DNA from: an archaeon
GTDB lineage: Archaea > Iainarchaeota > Iainarchaeia > Iainarchaeales > 1-14-0-10-31-34
DNA length: 18,762 nucleotides
Assembly (NCBI GenBank): GCA_043819075.1
Contig: JBDRFE010000014.1
Span: 1-18,762, forward strand
Direction of reading: 5' to 3'
Part shown: piece after piece, positions 1 to 6,870 of the stretch
Layout of the letters: every line of letters starts with the position of its first letter
How positions within the stretch are numbered: the first letter of the stretch is position 1
The notes under the pieces: generated by a model
Databases searched by the model: none
Told to the model about the DNA's origin: nothing
Seen by the model: only the letters and a program-made list of their open reading frames with translations
Translations under genes and position numbers: made by a program

Positions 1-1
1 T

Positions 2-33
2 CTGTAGGCAATGATGAGGTTAACACCCTCTGA
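2..33 (+). ncRNA. Candidate box C/D guide sRNA, 3' half (probably truncated by the window edge)
   Basis: Perfect RUGAUGA (ATGATGA, 11-17), a 12-nt spacer GGTTAACACCCT (18-29), then CTGA (30-33), with a degenerate D'-like CTGT at 2-5. It lies just beyond the pdxT stop. No target identified. Confidence 0.45.
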
Positions 34-36
34 ACT

Positions 37-609
37 TTAAACTGAATTTTCTTTTGCCATTTCCAGAAAGAATTCGTGCAGTTTTGTATCAGAGTTTATT
101 TCCGGATGGCAGGTTGAAATCAAAATTTTTCCTTGTTTTGCAATAACAATTTCTTTTCCGAGTTTTCCAATTACTTCAGCTTTTTTTCCAATTGATTGAA
201 TTCTTGGCGCGCGAATAAAAGAAACTGACAGTTCGCCAAAAGAAGTTTTGATTTTTCCTTCAAAAGAATCATTCTGCCTGCCAAAAGCATTTCTTTCAAT
301 TACAGCATCAAACAACTTCAAAGAAAACTCTTTTTTTCCGATAACTTTTTTTGCTAAAAGGATTGCTCCTGCGCAGGTGCCAAAAACCGCTAACTTGTTT
401 TTTTTTGCCTTTAAAATAATTTTTTTTCCTAACCCTGTTTCTTTTAAGAGTTTTCCTATTGTAGTTGATTCCCCGCCTGGAATGATTAATGCATTAACTT
501 TTTCTAGGTCAGTTTTTGTTTTCACTAAAATGTTCTGCACTTTAAGCTTATCCAGTATTTCTTTGTGTTCAGCAAAATCTCCCTGCAGTGCAAGAACTCC
601 AATCAGCAA
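37..609 (-). CDS. pdxT: Pyridoxal 5'-phosphate synthase glutaminase subunit
   Basis: GVLALQGDF, IIPGGESTT, GTCAG (catalytic Cys), RNAFGRQ, FIRAP and HPE motifs. TTG start preceded by GTGAT. Adjacent to pdxS. Confidence 0.96.
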   Translation of the reverse strand: MLIGVLALQGDFAEHKEILDKLKVQNILVKTKTDLEKVNALIIPGGESTTIGKLLKETGLGKKIILKAKKNKLAVFGTCAGAILLAKKVIGKKEFSLKLFDAVIERNAFGRQNDSFEGKIKTSFGELSVSFIRAPRIQSIGKKAEVIGKLGKEIVIAKQGKILISTCHPEINSDTKLHEFFLEMAKENSV

Positions 610-614
610 TTAAA

Positions 615-758
615 TCACTTAAAATTATATTTTTTTTTAACTTCTTCTTCACTCAAAAGCTTTATTTTTCCCTGTTTTATTTCTTTTTCAATTTTCTTCA
701 TTTTCCTAATAACTAATTCTTTTTCTATTCCTGATAATTTTCTTTTCAAAAAAACCAC
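615..758 (-). CDS. Small basic/acidic protein (44-47 aa), antitoxin-like, not in ORF track
   Basis: Manual translation MVFLKRKLSGIEKELVIRKMKKIEKEIKQGKIKLLSEEEVKKKYNFK* (GTG at 758 or TTG at 749). It fills the pdxS-pdxT gap on the same strand. Confidence 0.6.
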   Translation of the reverse strand: MVFLKRKLSGIEKELVIRKMKKIEKEIKQGKIKLLSEEEVKKKYNFK

Positions 759-771
759 TTAAAACATGTGT

Positions 772-1641
772 TTATTTTCCGCGTTTAGCGTATCTTTCTT
801 TTAATTCACTTAACTCGTTTCCTTTCATTGCTTTTCCTAAATTAAATGAAACTTTTGCAAGTTTATCTGCATCATTAAAATAAGTTGTTGCTTGAACTAT
901 TGCTTTAGCTAATTTTAACGGATTTTCTGATTTAAAGATTCCTGAACCAACAAAAACTCCTTCTACTCCTAACTGCATTACCAAAGAAACGTCTGCCGGA
1001 GTGGCTATTCCTCCTGCAGCAAAATTCACTACAGGCAGTTTCTGGTTTTTTAAAGTTTCTTCTAATAATGAAAAAGGAATATTCTGCCTGCTTGCCCAGA
1101 TTTTTTGTGCTTCAAGGCTTCGGTCTTTTAAGAACTCGATTTCAGATTTAATTTTCCTTATGTGTTTTACTGCTTCAATAATGTTTCCTGTTCCTGCTTC
1201 TCCTTTTGTTCGAATCATTGAAGCTCCTTCGTTTATTCTTCTTAAAGCCTGCCCTAAGTCAACTGCACCGCAGACAAAAGGGGTCTTAAACTTTTTTTTC
1301 TCTATATGAAATTCAGCGTCAGCCGGAGTTAATACCTCTGATTCGTCAATAAAATCAACTCCAAGTGATTCTAAAATTTGTGCTTCAGCAAAATGCCCTA
1401 TTCTTACTTTTGCCATTACTGGAATTGAAACTGTTTTCATTATTTTTTTTATTAAAGCCGGATCAGACATTCTTGCAATGCCTCCGTCTCTTCGAATGTC
1501 TGCCGGAATCCTTTCTAATGCCATTACTGATACTGCGCCTGCTTTTTCTGCAATTAATGCCTGTTTTTCGTTTGTTACATCCATTATGCAGCCGCCTTTA
1601 AACATTTTAGCTAAGCCTCTGTTCACGTTTTCTCTTTTCAT
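772..1641 (-). CDS. pdxS: Pyridoxal 5'-phosphate synthase lyase subunit
   Basis: [74 protein letters not shown]. Confidence 0.98.
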   Translation of the reverse strand: MKRENVNRGLAKMFKGGCIMDVTNEKQALIAEKAGAVSVMALERIPADIRRDGGIARMSDPALIKKIMKTVSIPVMAKVRIGHFAEAQILESLGVDFIDESEVLTPADAEFHIEKKKFKTPFVCGAVDLGQALRRINEGASMIRTKGEAGTGNIIEAVKHIRKIKSEIEFLKDRSLEAQKIWASRQNIPFSLLEETLKNQKLPVVNFAAGGIATPADVSLVMQLGVEGVFVGSGIFKSENPLKLAKAIVQATTYFNDADKLAKVSFNLGKAMKGNELSELKERYAKRGK

Positions 1642-1719
1642 AAAATCACACTTTCACTTATTTCTTTTTTAATTAATTGATTTAATTTTTTGTTGCTTTT
1701 TATTTTTTTGGTTCAAAGT

Positions 1720-1804
1720 TCAGCTAAGCCTTTTCAGCTTGCACGCACGGCTTTATGCCGTGCACTCCCTTCCGAGGAGCAGCTCGGAAGCCGAAACTGT
1801 GCGT
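1720..1804. repeat. GC-rich multi-hairpin element, copy 1
   Basis: TCAGCT twice (1720, 1734); hairpin GCACGGC-TTTAT-GCCGTGC (1745-1763); hairpin CTTCCGAG-N6-CTCGGAAG (1769-1790). GC-rich island in an AT-rich spacer. Confidence 0.7.
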
Positions 1805-2506
1805 TCAATCTTCTTTGCAGGTTCCATCGAATTGCCTGCAAAGCCTGTCAAGCCTTCTGATTCTTGTGTTATCTGAATCAACTGATACTTCATTGTTTCC
1901 TTTCAAAACAATTTTCAGCAAATCGTTTTCAATTCTTGCATTCCTGAACAAGCCTTTTTTTTCAATTATTTCCATTAGTTTCGGCAGTTTTTCTGTTGGA
2001 ATAACTATCTGCTGGTTTCCTTTTGTTTCTTCTTCCAGTTCTTCTGCTAACGTGTCCAGGCTGACTGTTCCGATGAATTCCGGCTTGAAGGAAATCCTTG
2101 AAATAGAAAACAAAGGATAAGCCTGTTTTACGAATTCAGTCATTAAGTCAATGTTTTTGAATGCATAAACCCTGTTTGTCCTGAAATTTTCAAGGAAAAG
2201 TTTTGCCCTTATTGTTTTGTCTTCAAATGAATTGATTTTTTCTTTTGCAGCTGAAAGCTTTTCTTCCATTTGCTTGTATAATGAACCAAGTTTTTTTTCT
2301 TTTATTTCCTTTGAAATGCCTGAAAGCAGTGCAGGGTTTTCTTCTGTCAGTTTTTCCATTAAAAGAATGTTTTCAAATATTTCCCCTATCATTGAATTAA
2401 GTTTTTCTGCTTCTTCAAACTGGTTTGAAATTTTGTATAAACTGCTTTCGGCTTTTTTTAAGGCATTATTTAACTGAATCTTTTCATTAGCCATTGCTCC
2501 CACCAA
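1805..2506 (-). CDS. Hypothetical protein with N-terminal coiled coil
   Basis: 233-aa ORF with an E/K-rich heptad-like N-terminal half. The ATG of MANEK is an alternative start. No family recognised. Confidence 0.8.
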   Translation of the reverse strand: MVGAMANEKIQLNNALKKAESSLYKISNQFEEAEKLNSMIGEIFENILLMEKLTEENPALLSGISKEIKEKKLGSLYKQMEEKLSAAKEKINSFEDKTIRAKLFLENFRTNRVYAFKNIDLMTEFVKQAYPLFSISRISFKPEFIGTVSLDTLAEELEEETKGNQQIVIPTEKLPKLMEIIEKKGLFRNARIENDLLKIVLKGNNEVSVDSDNTRIRRLDRLCRQFDGTCKED

Positions 2507-2567
2507 TCTATTAAAGCAGAATACTGTTTTAATTTTATGCTCTTCAATCTTATTTAAGGGTATTTAA

Positions 2568-4061
2568 ATGAAAAAAGAATTGCTGTATTTTTCTGCTTTC
2601 ACTGCCTTAATTGCCCTGCTATCAGTTTTAAGCAATTTTTTCATGCTTTTAGTGCATGGATTCAGCCAGACAGTGTTTGAAGGAAACTCTAACGGAAAAA
2701 CTTTTGTAATGCTTTTATGGTTTTTTTTAATGCCATTGATTTCTTTTGCTTTTCTTAAACTGAAATTAGCTGAAAAAATTAAACTGCATTCAAAAAAATT
2801 TCTTACAGTCTTTCTTGTTTTTGCTGTTTTAGGCTATTCTCTGGGATTGCTTCAGTTTGTATTAATTTCAGCTGAATTCAGTTCTTTAGGCCCTTTTGCT
2901 ACAATAACCGAACAAGGCAGTGTAATGAACTGGGAGGCTTCAAAGTTAACCCACAATCATTTTCCAAAGGCTTCTTTGTTTGTATTGAATTCTTTTTTAG
3001 GGTTTAATTCAAATGGAAACTTTGATGACGGCTTTCCATGGTATTCTTTTATTCCGAACGCAAATTTGTGGGCTTTAATTTATCTTTTAGTTGAATTAGT
3101 TATTCTTTTGTCTGGAATTCTTTTCATTAACTCTAAAATAAATAAAACCTCTTTTTTTGATTTCCTTGTTTTTAGTGCAGGCTTTCTTGCAGTAATCATT
3201 TCTGTTTTAGACGGTGGAATTGCTTCTGGTGCTGCAATGATGGCAATTTTTTTCCTTGCAGTATATTTTTCAAGAAATTATTTGAAAACAGAAAACCATA
3301 TTATTGCAACCTTGTTTCCTTTGCTGTTTATTGGTTTCATTGGTTTTGCTGATGTAATGCTTCCGGTTGAAATCGGAAACAACTTTTATGCTTCTTCTAT
3401 AATCCTTTTTTTTGGCTTATTGTATTACTTTTTTTCTGAAAAAAAACTCGGAAAACTGAATTTCAGTGTTCTTAATGCAATTCTTGGATTGCTTTTAATT
3501 TCTTCTTTTGCGGTTTCTGCTGCAGAATACCTTGATTTTTCTTTTGGAAGGGAAATCCAGCCTATTTATTCTGCTTTAACTTTACAGCAAAAAGATTCAG
3601 GCGGAGGCTTATTTGTTTACGGCATGCCTGTAAATCTTTCAAAACAGGCAGTTGACTCTGAAGTCCAGGCATTCGGAAAAATAATCAAGTCAGATAAAGC
3701 CGGCTGGAGTTATTATGCGTTAATCCAGCCTGAAAAAAATTTCCGCACAGGCGAGTTAGAGAAAACCCTCAAGGAAAAATTCAGTGAAGGCTCTTATCTT
3801 TTCGTTGAAGAAGTTACTCCGGCTAAAACAGTTAACTCTTACAAAATTTTATGGTTTTCTGAAGGCATTAATTCAAGTGATTTTTTGAGAACAGAGTTTC
3901 TTGGCTCAAAAATAATTGACAGAAAAGATGTTCCGGAAAAAAAATTAACTGAAATCGTTGTAGAAGAAAAAATGCCTTATATCTGGGAAATGACTGCAAT
4001 TTTATCTGAAATAAGATCCAACGGCTTTAAAGGAAAAATTTTGTTGATAAAAAATTCTTAA
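2568..4061 (+). CDS. Polytopic membrane protein of unknown function with soluble C-terminal domain
   Basis: 497 aa with about 10 hydrophobic segments in the first ~320 aa, a loop containing LTHNHFPK and DDGFPW, and a hydrophilic C-terminal ~170 aa. Confidence 0.85.
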   Translation: MKKELLYFSAFTALIALLSVLSNFFMLLVHGFSQTVFEGNSNGKTFVMLLWFFLMPLISFAFLKLKLAEKIKLHSKKFLTVFLVFAVLGYSLGLLQFVLISAEFSSLGPFATITEQGSVMNWEASKLTHNHFPKASLFVLNSFLGFNSNGNFDDGFPWYSFIPNANLWALIYLLVELVILLSGILFINSKINKTSFFDFLVFSAGFLAVIISVLDGGIASGAAMMAIFFLAVYFSRNYLKTENHIIATLFPLLFIGFIGFADVMLPVEIGNNFYASSIILFFGLLYYFFSEKKLGKLNFSVLNAILGLLLISSFAVSAAEYLDFSFGREIQPIYSALTLQQKDSGGGLFVYGMPVNLSKQAVDSEVQAFGKIIKSDKAGWSYYALIQPEKNFRTGELEKTLKEKFSEGSYLFVEEVTPAKTVNSYKILWFSEGINSSDFLRTEFLGSKIIDRKDVPEKKLTEIVVEEKMPYIWEMTAILSEIRSNGFKGKILLIKNS

Positions 4062-4065
4062 AAAT

Positions 4066-4138
4066 TAGGAGAGGGGAGAGTTGAACTCCCGATCTTCGCC
4101 GTGTGAGGGCGATGTCATAGCCACTAGACCACTCTCCT
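4066..4138 (-). tRNA. tRNA-Val(CAC)
   Basis: Cloverleaf AGGAGAG/CTCTCCT+A; D arm GTC-TAGTGGCTAT-GAC; anticodon arm TCGCC-CTCACAC-GGCGA; T arm GGGAG-TTCAACT-CTCCC. CCA is not encoded. Confidence 0.96.
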
Positions 4139-4144
4139 ATGTCA

Positions 4145-4954
4145 CTACTTTTTTTCTCCGATTAATGCCGCCCCCACAGCCGAAGCATAACCCGCTTCCT
4201 TCAAAAAAATTGGTTCAGCGAAACTGAATACTTTATTGCATTCGCTGAAAGTTTTCTGGAAGATACTGCTTTCAGCCAGAGAACCAGAAAAAACTATTTT
4301 TTTGTGGCCTAAAGATTTAGCACAGCATAATGCATTTAATGAAATTCCCTGGCACACTAAATTAAATATTCCTGCACTTAAATCCTGTTTTTTTCTGGAA
4401 GAAATTTTCCCGAAATGCGATACACACACATTTCCTTTTAATGCCCCTATTCCTTTTGGATAAACATCTGAAAGCATTAAATCAGTTTTCTTGTAATCGC
4501 CTTTTAATGTATTTGATTCTGCCTGCTTAAAATCTTTTATTCCTGTGATAAGCCAGTTTAATCCGGTAATTGTTTTTCCTCCCAAGGCTGTTCCCCCGCT
4601 GTGGGCTGACTTGTTTTTTTTGACTGAAATCATTGCTGTTCCTGTTCCGGCTGAAACCGCAAGAAATTCTTTTTCTTTTGAAAGAAAAGTGCTTCCTTCT
4701 GCTGTTGCCTGAATTTCGTTCACTAAAACAACTTGAATTCCTTTTCCTTCAATTATTTTTTTTGCTTTTTCAGCATAAGCTCCAGTCAAAGCAATTTTTC
4801 CTGTTTTAAGGAAACCTGTGCCTGAAAGAAAGCCTTTGATTTGTTTTTCAATGCCTTGTTTTTCGTTTAAAAAAATTCTTTTCTTTTTCTCAATCCTTCT
4901 GTCCTCTAACTTTACTGCCTTGAAAGAACTTAAACCAAAATCTATTGCAATCAT
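4145..4954 (-). CDS. coaW: Type II (CoaW/fumble-like) pantothenate kinase
   Basis: IAIDFGLS (ASKHA phosphate-1), VNEIQA, VSAGTGT, GGTALGG, TDLMLSDVY, SHFGK, ASAVGA. Start placed at ATG 4954 (MIAIDFG) because the GTG-extended 5' part lies within a hairpin cluster. Confidence 0.82.
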   Translation of the reverse strand: MIAIDFGLSSFKAVKLEDRRIEKKKRIFLNEKQGIEKQIKGFLSGTGFLKTGKIALTGAYAEKAKKIIEGKGIQVVLVNEIQATAEGSTFLSKEKEFLAVSAGTGTAMISVKKNKSAHSGGTALGGKTITGLNWLITGIKDFKQAESNTLKGDYKKTDLMLSDVYPKGIGALKGNVCVSHFGKISSRKKQDLSAGIFNLVCQGISLNALCCAKSLGHKKIVFSGSLAESSIFQKTFSECNKVFSFAEPIFLKEAGYASAVGAALIGEKK

Positions 4955-4965
4955 AAAACTGTCAC

Positions 4966-5059
4966 TCAGCTGTTCAATCAGCTGGTACTTGTGCACTGCG
5001 TAAAGCAGTGCTAGCGCGAGTTTATCTCGTGCACTGACGCCAGCCGACAGTGGCGGCTG
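4966..5059. repeat. GC-rich multi-hairpin element, copy 2 (four tandem hairpins)
   Basis: CAGCTG-N6-CAGCTG (4967-4984); GCACTGC-GTAAA-GCAGTGC (4993-5011); GCGCGAG-TTTAT-CTCGTGC (5014-5032); CAGCCG-N7-CGGCTG (5041-5059). Confidence 0.72.
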
Positions 5060-5060
5060 A

Positions 5061-5178
5061 TGCAGGAGACAGGATTCGAACCTGCGTAGGCACTAAGCCA
5101 TTGGGTATTTTCAAATAAAAATCAAAAAGACTTATTATTTTCCTAAACCCAACCCGTTTTCCACTCCGGCACACCTGC
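5061..5178 (-). tRNA. tRNA-Leu(TAG) with 35-nt intron at position 37/38 (intron 5107-5141)
   Basis: Acceptor GCAGGTG/CTCCTGC+A (one U-U mismatch); anticodon stem TTGGG/CCCAA with TT-TAG-G|A; long variable arm; T arm GCAGG-TTCGAAT-CCTGT. The AT-rich intron folds as a hairpin with a near-canonical bulge-helix-bulge. Confidence 0.93.
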
Positions 5179-6103
5179 AGAGAAACTCTGATTTTGGTTC
5201 TATTTTAAATTGGAAGCCGTAATACTTTTTATTATATAGTTTGTTAATCCATTCGTCTTTTGACGCTTTAATTCCAAATTCCTGCAGTAATTCAAAGTTC
5301 TGGTCCCTAAACTTTTTTGAGGCACTTGTCAATCCTAACCCTTTTCTTCTTTTTCCTCCATCGGTTTCAAAAACTCCTTTTAAGAAAGCTCTTTTAATTT
5401 CAGGTGAAGATTGGAGAATGCTTTCTGGAACCTTTATTATGTCACATTTTTTTCCCGCTGGAATTTCAAGGAAGTTGTTTAAGAATCTCACTGCGACCCG
5501 GTTTTCACTATTCAATCCAAATAGCTGTTTTATGCTTTGTGGTTTATCTTTAATAAGATAGTTACAGGATTTAATTTCAAAAATATTGTTAAATGCAATC
5601 TCAATTTTTTTAATGAGTTCTCTGTCGCTTAAATTAAAAACTACCCTGCTTTTATTTTTGTCAATATGCCCGTCACACAGTATTGTTGCCGCCAGCCAGG
5701 CAAGTTCTTGTGAAATTTTTTTAGGAATTCTTGCAATGGTGCCTGTTGTACTGCAGAAGTAATCTAAATGTTGGTAAATTTCTTCAACTTCTTTTTCACA
5801 ACCAAACTCGTTCAGTTTAATTATTGTAATCAAAGGAATTGATGCTCTCCCTAATAACCAGTCTTTTGGGCTTGCTTTTTTCACTTTAAATGGTAATTTT
5901 TCAAGCCATTTTTCTTTCCAGTTTAATCCAACTTTTTTTCTAAGTTTGAAATTTATTTGTCTTAAAATTCCTATAATTTTTTCTGCTTTAAAATTCCTTT
6001 CAGTTGGACTTTTGACGTATTTTGGCATTATAGTGTATGCTCTGACACATTTTCTCAGTTCAGTATCTCCAGCACAGTGCAGGTTCAATAGATTAAATTC
6101 CAT
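5135..6103 (-). CDS. Free-standing double-motif LAGLIDADG (DOD-type) homing endonuclease-like protein
   Basis: Motif 1 LAATILCDGHI, spacer IPAGKKCDIIKVPESIL, motif 2 FLKGVFETDGG, then LTSASKKFRD..LLQEFGIK. No Hint splicing motifs. Start ATG 6103 is favoured by TATA spacing; alternatives are 6163 and 6028. Confidence 0.85.
   Translation of the reverse strand: MEFNLLNLHCAGDTELRKCVRAYTIMPKYVKSPTERNFKAEKIIGILRQINFKLRKKVGLNWKEKWLEKLPFKVKKASPKDWLLGRASIPLITIIKLNEFGCEKEVEEIYQHLDYFCSTTGTIARIPKKISQELAWLAATILCDGHIDKNKSRVVFNLSDRELIKKIEIAFNNIFEIKSCNYLIKDKPQSIKQLFGLNSENRVAVRFLNNFLEIPAGKKCDIIKVPESILQSSPEIKRAFLKGVFETDGGKRRKGLGLTSASKKFRDQNFELLQEFGIKASKDEWINKLYNKKYYGFQFKIEPKSEFLCRCAGVENGLGLGK
5202..5209 (-). 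promoter_or_regulatory. Putative TATA box for tRNA-Leu, inside the endonuclease ORF
   Basis: TTTAAAAT lies 31-24 nt upstream of the tRNA 5' end at 5178. Confidence 0.4.
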
Positions 6104-6124
6104 GAAATAATGACTTTTTCTGTT

Positions 6125-6132
6125 TTTATAAA
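6125..6132 (-). promoter_or_regulatory. Putative TATA box of the endonuclease gene (leaderless)
   Basis: TTTATAAA lies 29-22 nt upstream of ATG 6103. Confidence 0.45.
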
Positions 6133-6228
6133 CGCTCTGACAGCGGATTGCCGGTAAAACCACTTATTAATGCTTTTTCTTTTTTTCCCTGTATTCTGTT
6201 TAAAAATTTTTCTTGAAGCAATTCTTGA

Positions 6229-6870
6229 ATGAAGAGAATCATTAATTTTTTTATGCCAAAAGAAGACGTTTTTTTTGATTTGCTGAAAAACCAGGCAAAA
6301 ACTGTTTGTGAAACCGGAACACTGCTTGGAAAATTTGTAAGAAATTTTGATTCATTGAGTTTAAAGGAGCGGAAAAACAGTTTAAGGAAAATAAATGACA
6401 TGGAGCACAAGGCAGATGAATTAACTCATGAAATAGTTGAATTGCTTCATAAAAGTTTTATTACTCCGATTGACAGGGAAGACATTCACGAGTTAGCTGA
6501 CTTATTGGATGACTTGGTTGATTTAATGGATGATATTGCGACAAAAATAATCCAGTATGAAATAAAAGAGATTCCAGAGGACTTGTTTGACTTGTCTGTT
6601 GTTTCATTAAAGTCTTTGAATGAAGTCTTTGAATCTGTTTCCTGCCTTAAAAACCCTAAATCAATTAAAGTTCATTTAAGGAGCATCCATGATTTTGAGG
6701 ACGAAGGAGACAGAATTTATTATAAGGCGATAACTTTTTTATTCAGGAAAGAAAAAAATGCAGTCAAGCTGATTAAGTTAAGGGACATTTACCGTGAACT
6801 GGAAGAATTACTGGATAAATGCCAGAGGGTTGCAATAGTCATTGAAGGCATTGTGGTAAAGCATGCTTGA
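6229..6870 (+). CDS. DUF47 / PhoU-like phosphate transport accessory protein
   Basis: EHKADEL, FITPIDREDI, DDLVD, EDEGD and IVVKHA end. Overlaps the start of the PiT gene. Confidence 0.93.
   Translation: MKRIINFFMPKEDVFFDLLKNQAKTVCETGTLLGKFVRNFDSLSLKERKNSLRKINDMEHKADELTHEIVELLHKSFITPIDREDIHELADLLDDLVDLMDDIATKIIQYEIKEIPEDLFDLSVVSLKSLNEVFESVSCLKNPKSIKVHLRSIHDFEDEGDRIYYKAITFLFRKEKNAVKLIKLRDIYRELEELLDKCQRVAIVIEGIVVKHA

Noticed and set aside
4955..4996. GTG-initiated N-terminal extension of the pantothenate kinase
   Set aside because: It overlaps the hairpin element, and the family fold begins at MIAIDFG (ATG 4954).
6078..6088. TGCAGGTTCAA resembling the tRNA-Leu T arm (att-site remnant)
   Set aside because: Short, in the opposite orientation to the tRNA, with no flanking stem and no integrase.
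6039..6142. Repeated GCTCTGACA 9-mer upstream of or within the nuclease 5' region
   Set aside because: Two copies of a 9-mer with no further structure or convincing C box; compatible with chance.
5135..6163. LAGLIDADG ORF as an intein or as intron-encoded
   Set aside because: No Hint domain or terminal His-Asn and no host extein. The tRNA intron is only 35 nt and the ORF lies almost wholly upstream of it.
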